A stretch of DNA of 46,526 nt, counting the filler, from Jimgerdemannia flammicorona (Eukaryota), in NCBI GenBank assembly GCA_003990765.1. It is 2 parts of 2 records of this genome, joined end to end, with 100 filler letters (N's around TTAATTAATTAA, not from the genome) between each part and the next. Parts side by side here need not be neighbours in the genome. Positions count along the whole stretch, not along the records: positions 1 to 23,214 come from RBNJ01001138.1; 1 more part is not named here. One strand, written 5' to 3'. Positions 1-12,000 of the stretch are shown here, one piece after another (position 1 is the first letter of the stretch; every line of letters begins with the position of its first letter). The notes below the pieces were generated by a model that was not told where the DNA came from, did not search any database, and saw nothing but the letters and a program-made list of their open reading frames with translations. A program made the translations under genes and the position numbers.

Positions 1-1961
1 AAAAAAAAAAAAAAAAAAAAATGCTTCGACCGTGCGTGGGTTTGTGCGAGCCATTCAGATGAATGTAGGATACCGTGTGTCTGCGGCACGAATTTATTTT
101 TGTTTCTTGGGTTTGTTTTCCGCGCACTGTTTACGATGATCTTTGTTTGTCGTGTTTCCAAAAGTCCTGTGCGTGATGCCCAAACCATCCATGCATGCTA
201 TTCATAGCAAGAAAATGCGAGCAATGAGAAACGAGCTGAATCAACATTAGTAATTGGATTTTGAAACCGCATCTGTGTGTATATCCCATGTAGATCTTCG
301 TCATTCTGTTTACATGAAGGATAAAGATCGCCCCTTCCCAGATACCAGGCGAGTTAAACCGTAGTCGGCCGTGCGTCGTCGGACCTTCTATTTTCCGCCA
401 CACATCAAATTCATCCCGTAAACATTGGTTCTGCATTGAGGAAAGCACCGTCGAGTCCAATGACGAGTTTCAAAAAGAAACGATTCCTCATGCATTAGCG
501 TGCATCGGAACCTTCCATTTTGCCTTAGTAAAAGTTTATATATATACAATACTCGTGCCGTAAACGCGGTTTCTGAATCGAGCGAGTCAAACGACTCGTC
601 GGATGAGAGAGGGGGTGGTCGGATGAGAGAGGGGGTGATCTGTTGACCTTTGTGTGCATCGGAACGGTTCGTTCGGGAAACGGTCGACAAATTCGCGTCG
701 CAAACACGGTCTCTGTACCGGTCACTGCATGATCGTGAACGAAGAAAGGGTGACCATGATGACAGGGCGAGAGGGATCGCCAGAAGCTTCTGTTTGAGTT
801 ACTCAGAGGGCCGAAGAATGCCGTAATGTTACGTTACTTTACGGGGATTCGGAACCACGCTTGAAATCGGCTTCGGTCTCAACATTACCCAGCATCTGGA
901 AATAGTTTTTTCATGACCTCAATACACACGCACACCCCCGTTCCCCCGTTGGTGTGTGTAATCGATGGCGTTTGCGCCCGCAGGATGTTTGACGCACATA
1001 ATTATTCTTTTTTTTTTTTTGTCTAAAGTAATTGGGGGCGCCCTTTGACACTAGCGCCCGACAATCAAAATGACTCTTTTCCTTCTACAATCAAATATCG
1101 TAGGCATATTAATGCTAATACCGCTTTGGACCGATTTGGAGGAGCCGTATATGCCAGATGGCGTGACGTCACGTGGAGGGCGGTTGGTGGGCTTGCATCC
1201 CGGTTGTCCGAGGGCGGAGATCAGATCGTTTCGATCGTTCAGGAATCGGAATGGGCGTTCTTGCGATTCCGTCTGATTGCCTAATTTGATTGCCAGCCTC
1301 TGTGTTTGAACCCCCGCGCGCGCCAATGGGCTGGCCGTACGTATAGTGCATGTCGTTACTTTGGATGCCCGGCGCACGCTTCCTCAAGATGGGGGTAGCT
1401 GAGGTTTGGCCGTACCGTCCCGCAGGTTTTCATGCTTTTGTTGCTTGAAGAATGGCCTCGATCGAGCTGTGCCTGAGTGTTTTATCATTCGAATTTGCTG
1501 ATAATGATAAACTCTGTTGAGTCCCCTAATATTTGAAACCGCCTTGTCAATCAGTCCCCAACGATAAAGTACGTCATGCTCCATTACTGAGATCAAAGAA
1601 AAACCTTAGATATGCCGCACGTTGAAATAATGCTTTTGTGTCGGCAAACCAGCATGTAGAGAGACAATCTCGTTGCCGTCAAGCATCGAGAGCTTTCATG
1701 AACTTTTGGAGGAGCGCTTTCGTCACTGGCAAAAAATAAAATAAAATAAATATAAATATAAATATAAACGTGCAATTTACAAATTGATAAACCCTTTTTC
1801 CGTTCTTCAATCACTTGAATCTTTTCGGCATCAGATTGTCCATGAGCCAAACGAAAGCTATACATCAAATGATTTATGAAATCTTTGAGCTTGCTTCAGC
1901 CCGCCGAGAGAGAGAGAAAGAAAGTGGACAATCGCCTAGCGATAGAAGCGTGGTAAGAACG

Positions 1962-1967
1962 TATAAA
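1962..1967 (+). promoter_or_regulatory. Putative TATA box of the secreted repeat-protein gene
   Basis: TATAAA about 115 bp upstream of ATG 2079, followed by a CA-rich 5'UTR typical of highly expressed fungal genes. Confidence 0.5.
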
Positions 1968-2078
1968 GTGTGGTAGACCGACTCGCCAAATACCTCATCC
2001 CAGAACACAACTACCAAAGCAATTCAACGCAACACAACAACCCATCCTCAAAACCCCCAACCCACACCAACCACAATC

Positions 2079-2843
2079 ATGTCTTTCACCATCGTCCTCG
2101 CCGCCGCCGCCCTCATCGCTCTCTCCACCGCCAACCCCTTCAGCCCCCGCCAGCAACAACAGCAAATGCCTTTAGCTGAACAACCTTCCATGGACCAGAC
2201 GGGCAATCTCGATCAATCGCTCCTCCGGGAGCAACAACCTATGACGGGAGGGTCCCCGTTCGGCCAAGGGTTCCCGTTTGGCGGACAGGCGTTCCCTTTC
2301 GGGGGGCAGCAGATCGGTGGCGGGCTCCCGGCCTACAACCTCGGCGGGCAGCACATCGCGGACGAGGCAAAACCCTACCTCGCGGAGACGGGCAATGTCC
2401 ACCCGGCGAGCGGAATCCGGGTCAATAACCTCAATGGCGTCGTCGTCAATATTCCTGTTGCGCCCACTGGCACCGAGGAGGGTGCTCTGCCCACTGGCAC
2501 CGAGGGTGCTCTGCCCACTGGCACCGAGGGTGCTCCGCCTACTGGCACCGAGGGTGCTCCGCCCACTGGCACCGAGGGTGCTCCGCCCACTGGCACCGAG
2601 GAAGGTGCTCTGCCCACTGGCACCGAGGAAGGTGCTCTGCCCACTGGCACCGAGGAAGGTACTCTGCCCACTGGCACCGAGGAAGGTGCTCTGCCCACTG
2701 ACACCGAGGTGGGCGCTCAGCCTACCGGCATTGCTCAACCTACGGGCACTGAGATGGGTGCTCAACCTACCGGCATCGAGGCTGGGCCTGGCGCGGGTGG
2801 TGCTGCTTTGAGTGACACCAAGATTGCCTCTCCTTCTGCCTAA
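2079..2843 (+). CDS. Secreted protein (254 aa) with a Gly/Phe-rich segment and ~13 PTGTE(E)GA(L/P) repeats; probable O-glycosylated cell-wall or spore-surface protein
   Basis: Intronless ORF; hydrophobic signal peptide MSFTIVLAAAALIALSTA-NP; good Kozak context (caatcATG); Thr/Pro/Glu repeat tail. Confidence 0.85.
   Translation: MSFTIVLAAAALIALSTANPFSPRQQQQQMPLAEQPSMDQTGNLDQSLLREQQPMTGGSPFGQGFPFGGQAFPFGGQQIGGGLPAYNLGGQHIADEAKPYLAETGNVHPASGIRVNNLNGVVVNIPVAPTGTEEGALPTGTEGALPTGTEGAPPTGTEGAPPTGTEGAPPTGTEEGALPTGTEEGALPTGTEEGTLPTGTEEGALPTDTEVGAQPTGIAQPTGTEMGAQPTGIEAGPGAGGAALSDTKIASPSA
2463..2784 (+). repeat. Coding minisatellite with 24/27-bp units (CCCACTGGCACCGAG[GAA]GGTGCTCTG)
   Basis: Directly visible tandem units, degenerating towards the 3' end. 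Confidence 0.95.
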
Positions 2844-3317
2844 TGACATCGCGTCCGAACTATACTTTGGCAGGAGCGAATCGCATGCATATATGCAGAT
2901 GTGGATGCTGAATTAGATTGGCTCAAAGTAAACATATTCTTCGTTCTTATATTCTATTAGATACTCGTGTATAATCATAGCTAATAAACCACAAAATATC
3001 AAACGGAGAACTGGTAGTTTTTGATGAACGCTGAAGCCTTTGTCAGATCAGGGCAACGAAACAAAGTCATCCACTCGAAAATTGCAAAAATTGCATTCAT
3101 ACAGACGAAAATGTCGACTAATTAAAGCATGGCCTTATAAGTGTCGATAATGTATTTTTTTTTAATGGCGTAAGTCTCTGGGGTGAGTAGAGCGACCTCA
3201 CCGATTCCAGGAGGATGGAATCCTGCGAAAGAACTTATTTCAACCACCAATTCTGTGGCTTAGGGCTGCAGGACAACAAAAATTGCTTCTGACTCGTAGA
3301 ACGGAGAGCAGATCAGA

Positions 3318-5941
3318 ATGCATCTGGCAAGGAGACTCTCGCAGTCAAAATATACCATTCTACGACCCTCGCTGCTGTTGACAACCTCAAATGCCACACA
3401 ACCCCCCCGCATGTCCCCACGATTCCTTCTGGCTGGTAAGTAATACGCGAACCTCCACGCAACACGCGTGCATCGTCGCGTCCTCTGACTCCCCCCCCCC
3501 GCCATTCCCCACAAAGTCCCTACACGTTCCTCCGCCTCCACAGCCATAGCCACCGCCTCCACCACCACCGCGTCCGACACCACCACTGCGTCCAATACCA
3601 CCGCCGCGTCCAACACCACCGCCGCGTCCAACACCACCGCCGCGTCACCCACCAAGCCTCGGTTCACACCCTTCCCTTTCGTCCGGGATACGTACCCGGC
3701 GGACCCGCTGACGGGCTATAACCGGGAGCTCGACGCCCTCGTTTCCGGCAAGCACTTCGGCTCGGCCCATACCATCGATCAGGTGCTGCGGGTATGCGTG
3801 CGGATGAGTGAAAACATGGTGTGGCCCGACCTGACGACGTACAACCTTTTGCTGAAAACGTACGCCTACTTCGGCAAGGCCGACGAGGCTTTTCAAATTA
3901 TCACGGAGATGGAAAACGCTGAGAAGAAGAAGAGGCAAGTCAAGCCCGACACCCTGTCGTACAACTTGCTGCTCTTGGTACGTGTTCGATTGTTTCCTCT
4001 TCATCCCTCTCGATCGCGTTGACCCGTCCTTCATCTCATCCCAGCCCGCCTAACAAACGACCTCACTATCCCCTCCAACTTCAGGCCTGCGTCGTTCAGT
4101 GCAACACCCTAAAGCAACACCTTGCCCTCGAGAAGATGCATGCTGCTGATCTGCAGCCGAACGCAATGACCTACCAGCACCTTATCAGGGGGATGTGCAT
4201 GAACGGGGAGCTGGAGCGTGCGTTGGATACGCTGCGCGACCTGCGCGACCAGGGGACCATCCAGCCCACGCTGCTCTCATACGACGCCCTGCTACGGGCC
4301 TGCATCGACGTCCACGAGAGCCAGTTGGCGTTCGAACTGCTCAGGGAGGCTGAGATGTATCATAGGGGCGCCGGCGGGTTCCCGAAAATGTATCTAGAGG
4401 TCATGAGGGTGTGCGCAGAGGATGGGCTGGTAGGTTTTTGCTCGGATTAGTTGGTTTGAGGATGTAAATGTTTTGTTGTCTGCTTTCTGTTTGTGGATAC
4501 TCAGGTGCGGCGCTCCATGCAAAGCATGCATACATGTACTCAGCCTTCTCAATTCCACTCCCTCCCTCACAAACGCCAGTACGAACCCGTCCGCTACTGC
4601 TGGACCAAGATCTTCCAAGAGCTTCACTGGTGTCCCGACCAAGGCCTCTGCCTGCTAGTCCTCAACGTAGCAGGCGACAATGCCGACCCTAGACTCGCAT
4701 CTGAGGTGATCCAACATATTGGCAACCATGGATACCGGTACTCTGAACCGCACTTCGCCTCCCTCCTCCAAGCCTTTGCCGCCATCAAAGACCTCAAGAG
4801 CGCCTTCTCAATCCTCGACATCATGCGCACGTTCGGCGTCCTCCCAGAAAAAGAAACTGCCTCTCCGATCCACTTCGCCATCCGCGACGACATCATCGCG
4901 ATCGACAATGCCTACTACGCCCTTGAGGAGCTTCGTCGCGACGGCAAACCCGTCGACGTCATTGCGCTCAACGTCATCATACACTCCTGCGCCGTCGCTG
5001 GAGACCTTGGCCGCGCGCTTGCCACGTTCCGCGAGGCCGACGCGCTCGGAGTGACTCCCGACGTGGACACATACAATGCCGTGCTGGGAGCGTGCGTGCG
5101 GGCGCGAAATCGTGCGGCGGGGGATGAGCTTGTGAAGGAGATGCGTGCTGCGAATGTGAAACCAAATGTGATGACCTATTCGCGGATGATTATGCTGTGT
5201 TGTACGCAGAAGGATTATGATGACGCGTTTAAGTTCCTCGAGGAGGTGAAGGGGTACGGGATTGTACCGCTGGAAGGTTGTTATGTGACGCTAGTGAAGA
5301 AGCTGGCGAGGGAGAGGGACCCACGCGTGCATATTGCGTTGGAGGAAATGGAAACGTTCGGATATAAGGTTGAAAAGGGATTGAGGGAGTTTGTGCAGTC
5401 CGGAGGGGTTAACGAGTATGAAGTGCCCAAGGGGGCAGATGGATATGGCGGAATGGAGGTGAGTATGGAGGTAGAGGCGCAGACGATGGGTCCCGAGCTG
5501 CAGTCGAGAGAGAGGGGGGATGATGAGAAGTTGAATGGCGGAGGGGTAGAAAGGAGGAAGTGGGATGGCGATCGCGGGGGCGGGGGACAGCGAGGTGCGT
5601 GGCAGCAACGGAAGGAGCCGCAGGGCAATTGGTCGCCGCAGCTCGATTGGCTGCGAGAGCAAGGTTCGGGCAATCGGAGGGAGCGGAGTCGTGACCCAGT
5701 GAGACGAGAGCAGGGGGATAGGCCAGTGCGTAGGGAGCGGGACCGCGATGAGGCAGGTGGCCAGCGACACAAAGGAGACTGGAAGGAGTGGAGTCGCTAC
5801 CCTGAGTGGATGGAGCAAGACGAGCCGCCGCCGCGCAAGGAGCCCTTGGATAGGAAGAGATACGGGAAGCAGAGCGAGGGTGCGCGGGATGCCGGAGAGA
5901 CTAGACTACGGGTGTCGCGGGATCGGTACGCGGACAAATGA
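3318..5941 (+). CDS. Pentatricopeptide-repeat (PPR) protein, probably mitochondrial. Exons approx. 3318-3435, 3517 (or 3544)-3977, 4085-4429, 4580-5941
   Basis: Multiple PPR motifs (PDLTTYNLLLKTYA, PDTLSYNLLL, PNAMTYQHLIRGMC, PDVDTYNAVLGACV, PNVMTYSRMIMLCC). Donors GTAAGT 3436, GTACGT 3978 and GTAGGT 4430 with in-frame AG acceptors. Arg/Ser/Leu-rich N-terminus without acidic residues (MHLARRLSQSKYTILRPSLLL) resembles a mitochondrial presequence. Confidence 0.88.
3561..3650 (+). repeat. 18-bp coding repeat (TTAASN-like, ~4-5 copies) in PPR exon 2
   Basis: ACCACCGCCGCGTCCAAC units. Confidence 0.8.
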
Positions 5942-6432
5942 GCAAGAATGAGACGTTGTGAAGAAAAACCCATTGTAGTGCCGGAAAATAGAGATACGTT
6001 AGTGTAAAGTGAAAATAATAGACTGGATCTCACTTTTGAAAGTAAGGTTGATACTGATATGAGCAGGCTAAAATATAATTTCCTGGTTCCCTTCGTTCTC
6101 TAAAATCTAGTACACGTACTCCCACATGTCTCGTCGTTGTCCGCCCCGATTTGATTTTTTTTTTTTTAAAAAAAAAAAAAAAATATTTGTCCCCACTCGC
6201 ATGTAATCAAAAATATATTCATCAGATTATTTGTATTGACATTTCATAGTGTAATATATATATCGTGTGTTTGCTATCTTCATTTGAGCTTTAGCTATTA
6301 AAAATTGTATTTACATGATTTATATTTTAAAAAATATTATCATTAGATCATTCTATCTAAAATACAATATATATGTATATTTGATTCCATTTACTCGCAC
6401 TTTGTCTAATGTGTAAAGAGTAAAGAACAATG

Positions 6433-6506
6433 CGCCGTCGTCGAGCGGGCCGAAGCACCGCCGTCGAGCGGGTCGAAGCACCGCCGTCGAGCGGGTCGAA
6501 GCACCG
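6433..6506. repeat. 23-bp GC-rich tandem repeat, 3 copies
   Basis: CCGTCGAGCGGGTCGAAGCACCG units head-to-tail. Confidence 0.9.
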
Positions 6507-6549
6507 AGATCTGCGGGAAATTGGGGTCTCGCATTCATTCCGGTTATTG

Positions 6550-7120
6550 TATCCATTGAGTTTGGTGAAATGGCTAGGATAGGGAGACGGTTTCAGAAGA
6601 GGTAGGTACTCGACAAAATCAAGCAAATACGTGGTTGGCTTGTGATGCTGTGTCTGAGATCGAATTCTCCAGCAGTCCTGGATTCTAGACGAGGAAACGC
6701 TGGTCAGGCGGCAGCCCGAGGCATTCTCGAAAGATGCGTGCTCGAGGTATAGATTCGCCCCCAAAAAGGGGGGGTGTGGAACGTCTTGTACGGGTTCTCA
6801 ATGAAGAGGGCGTCTTTAATGTCGAGATCTCCGTCTTAGAAATTCAGCTTGAAGGCTTTTCGGGAGTCGAGGTGGACGTAGGGGAAGTGCGGTTGACCGT
6901 CATGGGGTTCCAGGCAGAGGACACAGTTCACCGAGGTTTGTCTTGAAGAGGCTTGAACGGAAGGTTTTAGAATAAGAAACATACCAATAGAGTTCCACCG
7001 CACACCACGAATGTGAGGCCCCGTGCGGTTACGACAAACATATTCAATGTTCGCCGGAAATCTAAGTTCCGCAAAGTTCAAAAACGTGCTTTGGTGGTAT
7101 TGTTTGTTTTGCAATGCTGC

Positions 7121-7159
<39 letters not shown>

Positions 7160-8050
7160 CTTAAGAAACACTCCCGGGTCCCGGTCCCAATTTGTTAGGC
7201 GCCCGACCCGACAACCCACCCCATGGTCAGAATCCAATACCATGGCAGGGGGGAAAAAGACGCCAATTTATAAATAGCGTTTTGGCGCTAGAATCTGTCG
7301 GTATCCCAAAAAGCAAATAGAAACCGGTTCTTCAGCCTTTATATTACAGCGGCGACGAGACCGTCCCCCCAATCTGCATCGGGGATTCAACGACGTTGAT
7401 AATTGTGTGATTGTGTTCAGGGAAAGCACCGGATAGCATTTCTCGCATGGTATCCTTAAACAACACATGCAGGGGCCGAAAATAATGGCAATTAGAATTC
7501 CTGGTGCATCGGTGGTTCCGCAAAAAGGCAAGTGCGATAGTGTCAATGTCATTGTCATCAACGCTAGTTCCATCAAGCCATGCATGCAGGCTCACCAATT
7601 CAGACTCCCAGCGTCCATCTACCGTTTCCCTTTAGATTCCCTGTCATCACGCTTTCGCTTCCCGTCCCCCCTCCTGCAGATAGCTCAGGAACTTTTCCGT
7701 GTTCAAGCGGCCGAGTGTGCAGATTCTGGTGAAATGTTTTATCTGCTTCAACATCTTGTGAATCCTGTAGCCTTGTCGCTTGCTGAAAATGAGAGATGGG
7801 AGAAATGGGAGCTTAAGTAGGCAAAATACAATACTTTGCTGAGAATATTTGCCAGACGATACGGACAAGGTTTTGAAAACAAGGGCGCTTTCTAGACGGC
7901 CTTCGTGATTCCAGAGTTGGTAGAGTTGGTGTACCATATCCTGGATTACCATTTCCGGAAACCATAATTGGACTATAAGTATCAATGGAGTATTTAGATA
8001 CTCTTGCAGAACAAAATGAGGCACGTTGCCGCGTTTGACGATGGATATCT
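6550..8050 (-). pseudogene. Possible degenerate multi-exon gene of unknown product
   Basis: Coding-like minus-strand stretches (e.g. VNCVLCLEPHDGQPHFPYVHLDSRKAFKLNF*DGDLDIKDALFIENPYKTFH) broken by stops; intron-like acceptor ATTTGCAG near 8050. No recognisable domain. Confidence 0.25.
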
Positions 8051-9033
8051 GCAAATAAATAAATAAATAAATAAATAATAATATATATTTTTTTCTTTTT
8101 TTTTTTTTTTTTTTTTTAAAAAAAAAGCACCGTGGTGAGTGCTGGGTAAGCGACAATAACAGTATTGGTACTTTGTCGTAACGATAGAAGACAACACGTA
8201 AACTACAGTGAAAATCCATTCACGGGTCGAATTTCTCCAAATGTGATTTATTTTGCCAATTCTAAGCGTTAAACTAGCTCGTTTGTTTTTCGTTTAGTTC
8301 AGCATAGCCTTCTCCATCGTACCAGAATGTAGTTCGAGGCGCAAAGTAGCAAATGTCCACTGCGTTTTTTTTTTTTTTTACTCTTGATTGCCTGGCGTAA
8401 TCATCGACGTCAAATAAACCTCGTCGGCACACAGTCTGGTAGAGCAAGGTGAGGCCAGATGGCTGGTATTGTTGACATCGTTTGTTGTGTGAATTGAATT
8501 GTAAAAAGGATATTGTTGTAATTACTTCTGATCCAATTCAACGCGTCAGTGACGTCACCCGAATCGGGTGTGGTGACTATTTTGGAGGACTATTTTGGAG
8601 ACGTGGTTCTTTCGCGTTTCAATCACAACAAACAACACCACTCATCGTCCTATCTACTTTGCCAACGACAAAGCTCAGAAAAGAGTATTACGATAGCCCA
8701 CACATCACTGACGCGTCGTGAAAGAGTCTCGTAGCCAATTAACAAAGTCAACAGCGAGGCACAATAGTCGAATATGCCAAACGACACAGAACCGGAGAAA
8801 TCGGTGAGTTGAACACTCGAATGCCACCACTCAAATGCCGTACACTACATCGAGTCTTAGGACCCCCAGCGATCTTGCAACCGTCGTTCACTCTCCATTT
8901 TAACTTTCAGATCCCCCCCAAACCGGCCCTACGGCCCCCATCAACGTTGTCCACATACACATCCTCTTCCCTTCCAACGCTAACTTCCCGCCTCCCAACA
9001 CCCAACATCCGCTCCGCCACACCAAGCACCGAA

Positions 9034-12000
9034 ATGCCCCCCCCTCAACCCTCCCGACTGGCCCGCCCAACGTCCAGCTCCTCCGGCACGACCAAACGGC
9101 CAGAATCTCAAGGTGACCCGCCGGCGCCACCACCCTCGGGCCTCAAACGCCCCGCTTCGCGCGAGCTCGTCCGTGAGACAGGCCCACCTCCTACCTTCGG
9201 CCTCTGCGCTTCCTCGTCGAGCTCGATCCCCGCCACAACCCACTACGATCACGATCTAGTCGATCTGCGCGCCGCCCTTGCGCGTACCGAACACGACCGC
9301 GACGACCTGCGGCGGACGGTAGCCGAAGAGCAGCACGCGGCGCGCATGGCTCGGGAGGAGGCCGAGTCGCACCGTGGCGCCACCGACGTTCTGAAGCTCA
9401 AGCTGGGGACGGCGCAGCGCGATTTCGAAGAGGTGAAGAAAGAGTGCAAGGCCATACTGGAGCAGCAAGAACGCGAGATGGCGCGGAAGCTGGCAGCGAT
9501 TGCGGAGAGGGACGAGCACGAGCGCGAGAGACTCGTCATGGAGGAGGTGTGGAAGGCGCAGGACGTGTGGCAACAGAAGTTGGATGAAGAGGTCAAGAGG
9601 AGGGAGGGCGTCGAAAACAAGTGCAAGGATCTTGAGATCGAGGTGGAGGCTGCAGATAGGGTCGCCGTAGCCATGCAGCAGAGACTCGCGGAGTTAGCGG
9701 CGCAGGTGAAGGGGCTGGAGACAGCAAACGAGAGTCTGGAGAAAGAGAAGAAGATTACAGAGACTACGGCGAAGGAGACAGAGAGGTCGTTGTATGGGGC
9801 GGATGCGTTGGTGAGCGAATTGAGAAGTGAGATACAGCGCAAGGATAGCTCCATATGCGAACTGAAGACACGCCTGACAGAATCCGAGCAAGCACGACGA
9901 GACACAGATGCGCAGCTTCAACAAGCCAAGCTCGTCACCGAAAAAATGTCGTCCCAAAACGCGGAAGAGCTCGCGCGGATGAGGGACCACCACTGGGCTC
10001 TCGAGCGCGACCTCGCCCAGTCTAGCGACCTCGCCGAGTTTTCCGCGAACGAGGCCACCTGTCTGCGTGAACAAGTCACCACGCTAACGGCCCAGCTCGA
10101 CGCCGAGCTCACGAGGCGTACGTGCGTCGAGGAGGTGCAGGCACAGTGTGGCGAAGCCCGTGCCACGGCTGCCGTGCTCGAGGAAACCGTCGCCACGCTG
10201 CGGCGAGAGCTGGAGCAGGCCGGTCAGAATACTCGGCAGGCAGACGGGAACCATACCGCGTGGATGGAGAATCTGGAGAGAGAGCAATCATGCAATAAGG
10301 AGATGGAGAAGCAGCTCGAGCAACACGACGAGACCATGCGGCATCACGAAGCCGAACTGGTGCGCGTCTCAGCCATTTGCAACGTCCAGGAGGACACGAT
10401 CAGAAAGCTGAACGAGAACGCCAGCGCGCTGCAGGGCAAGAAGGCCGAGCTGGAGCGCGCGATCGAGGATGCCATGCACCAGATCGCCTCGTACAAGGAA
10501 GATATGGCGAGATTGCACTCCGACGCCCAAAACACCGAACAAGCGTCGGCCGAGGCGGAACGGTTCCAAGGCGAGATTCACGCGCGCGACGCGGCGATCG
10601 GCGAACTAAACATGAACATAGCAGTGTTGCAAGACGAGCTAGGGGCCGCGCGCGCGAGCATCGACGAGCAGGACGATAGAATCGTTGCCCATGGCGAGGA
10701 TATTGTACGGCTCGAGGCGATGCTTAGGGCCGCGGATGAGAAGGCTGCCGAGCTCGGTGTTCAGGCGCAGAAGATGGCGGTCGAGGAAACAGAAATGCGC
10801 GAAGAGATTGTGACGATGCGGGAGCGATTCACGGAAGCGGACAAAATGGTCTCCGAGTTGAGCGGACGGGTCGTGGGGTTGCAGGCGGCATTGGATGCGA
10901 AGACGGCTGAGGTTGAGGGCATGGTCGGGCAACGGGAGCATGCGGTGGAGGAAGTCAGCAAGCTGAAGGAAGAACTGGCTACCGTGATGGAGTTGAGGGA
11001 TATCGCGGTGAAAAAGTACGAGGAAGAAACCGCCCCTAACGACAGGGCCGCGCAAGCCGCGCAGGGCAAGGTGGATGAACTATCTGCGCAGATTTCGATG
11101 CTGGAGACCGGCACCAAGGAGAAGGCGTCAGAGATCCAGCAGCTCCGACAGCAAGTCTCCGCTGCCCAGAGTACGATCAATGAACTCAACGAGCAGGTGT
11201 CGAACCTGCAGGACGACCTGGGCGCCAACATGTCACAGGCAGACACGGCAGACCAGCTGCGGCAAACTGAGGTCGAGGAGCTGCGGCGCGCCCGGAAGGA
11301 GCTATTGGCATCCGTGACGCAGTGCGAGGACGCCATGCGCGGGTACCGTGAGGAGATTGCGAGGCTGGAAGGCGAAGTACGCGCGAAGGAAGAGATTGTT
11401 CAAAGCCTGGTGGAGCGGGTCGGGTCGTTGGAGGCCGAGAAGGGGCCGACGGAGGAGATCGTGAGACAGTTGAGGTGGCAGGTGGAGAATGCTAATGCGG
11501 TTGTTGAGGATCTGAGGAGCAAGGTTTTGAAGTTGCAGAGTGAGGCTCAAGAACAATCGGGTCATGTTAACGCGTTGATTGAGAGAGACGAAGAAAATAG
11601 GGAGACGATCGACGCTCTGAAGGCAGCGAAACAGGAGCTTAGTGTTCTCGTGGAGCAGAAGGAGCAAGGGATACAACAACAAAAGAGGATCATCGACAGC
11701 ATGAAAACAGACATGCAAAAGCGCGAGGAGATCGCGGTGGAGTTTGAACAGCGCCTCGCGTCATTGCAGGACGAGATAGCCATCAAGGAGGAAGAACACG
11801 GGGCGATCCGCGCCCTGCTTGGCGATCCAGGCATGTCGATGGCGGAAGTTGCCGGCCGGATCGCGGAGACGAAAGCGCAACTCGAGCAGCAAACCTTCCG
11901 CGTCAACGGACTACTGTGCGAACAGGAGGCTGTCCTCGTCCGCGCGCAGGCCGCCCAGGCCGAGACCGCCGCTGAGGTCGAAAGGAAGGAGGAGACAGTT

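Noticed and set aside
1..21. Poly-A at both window ends (also 46506-46526) as retroposon or mRNA tails
   Set aside because: Homopolymers are abundant throughout and commonly terminate contigs
131..1900. Short ORFs and a 20-bp duplication (~599-638) at the window start
   Set aside because: No recognisable domain or consistent exon chain
2172..2849. Overlapping and antisense ORFs over the PTGTE repeat
   Set aside because: By-product of a GC-rich stop-free tandem repeat
6433..6506. Short repeats here and at 20183 and 22313 as CRISPR-like arrays
   Set aside because: Head-to-tail or irregular repeats without unique spacers of constant length, no cas genes, eukaryotic context
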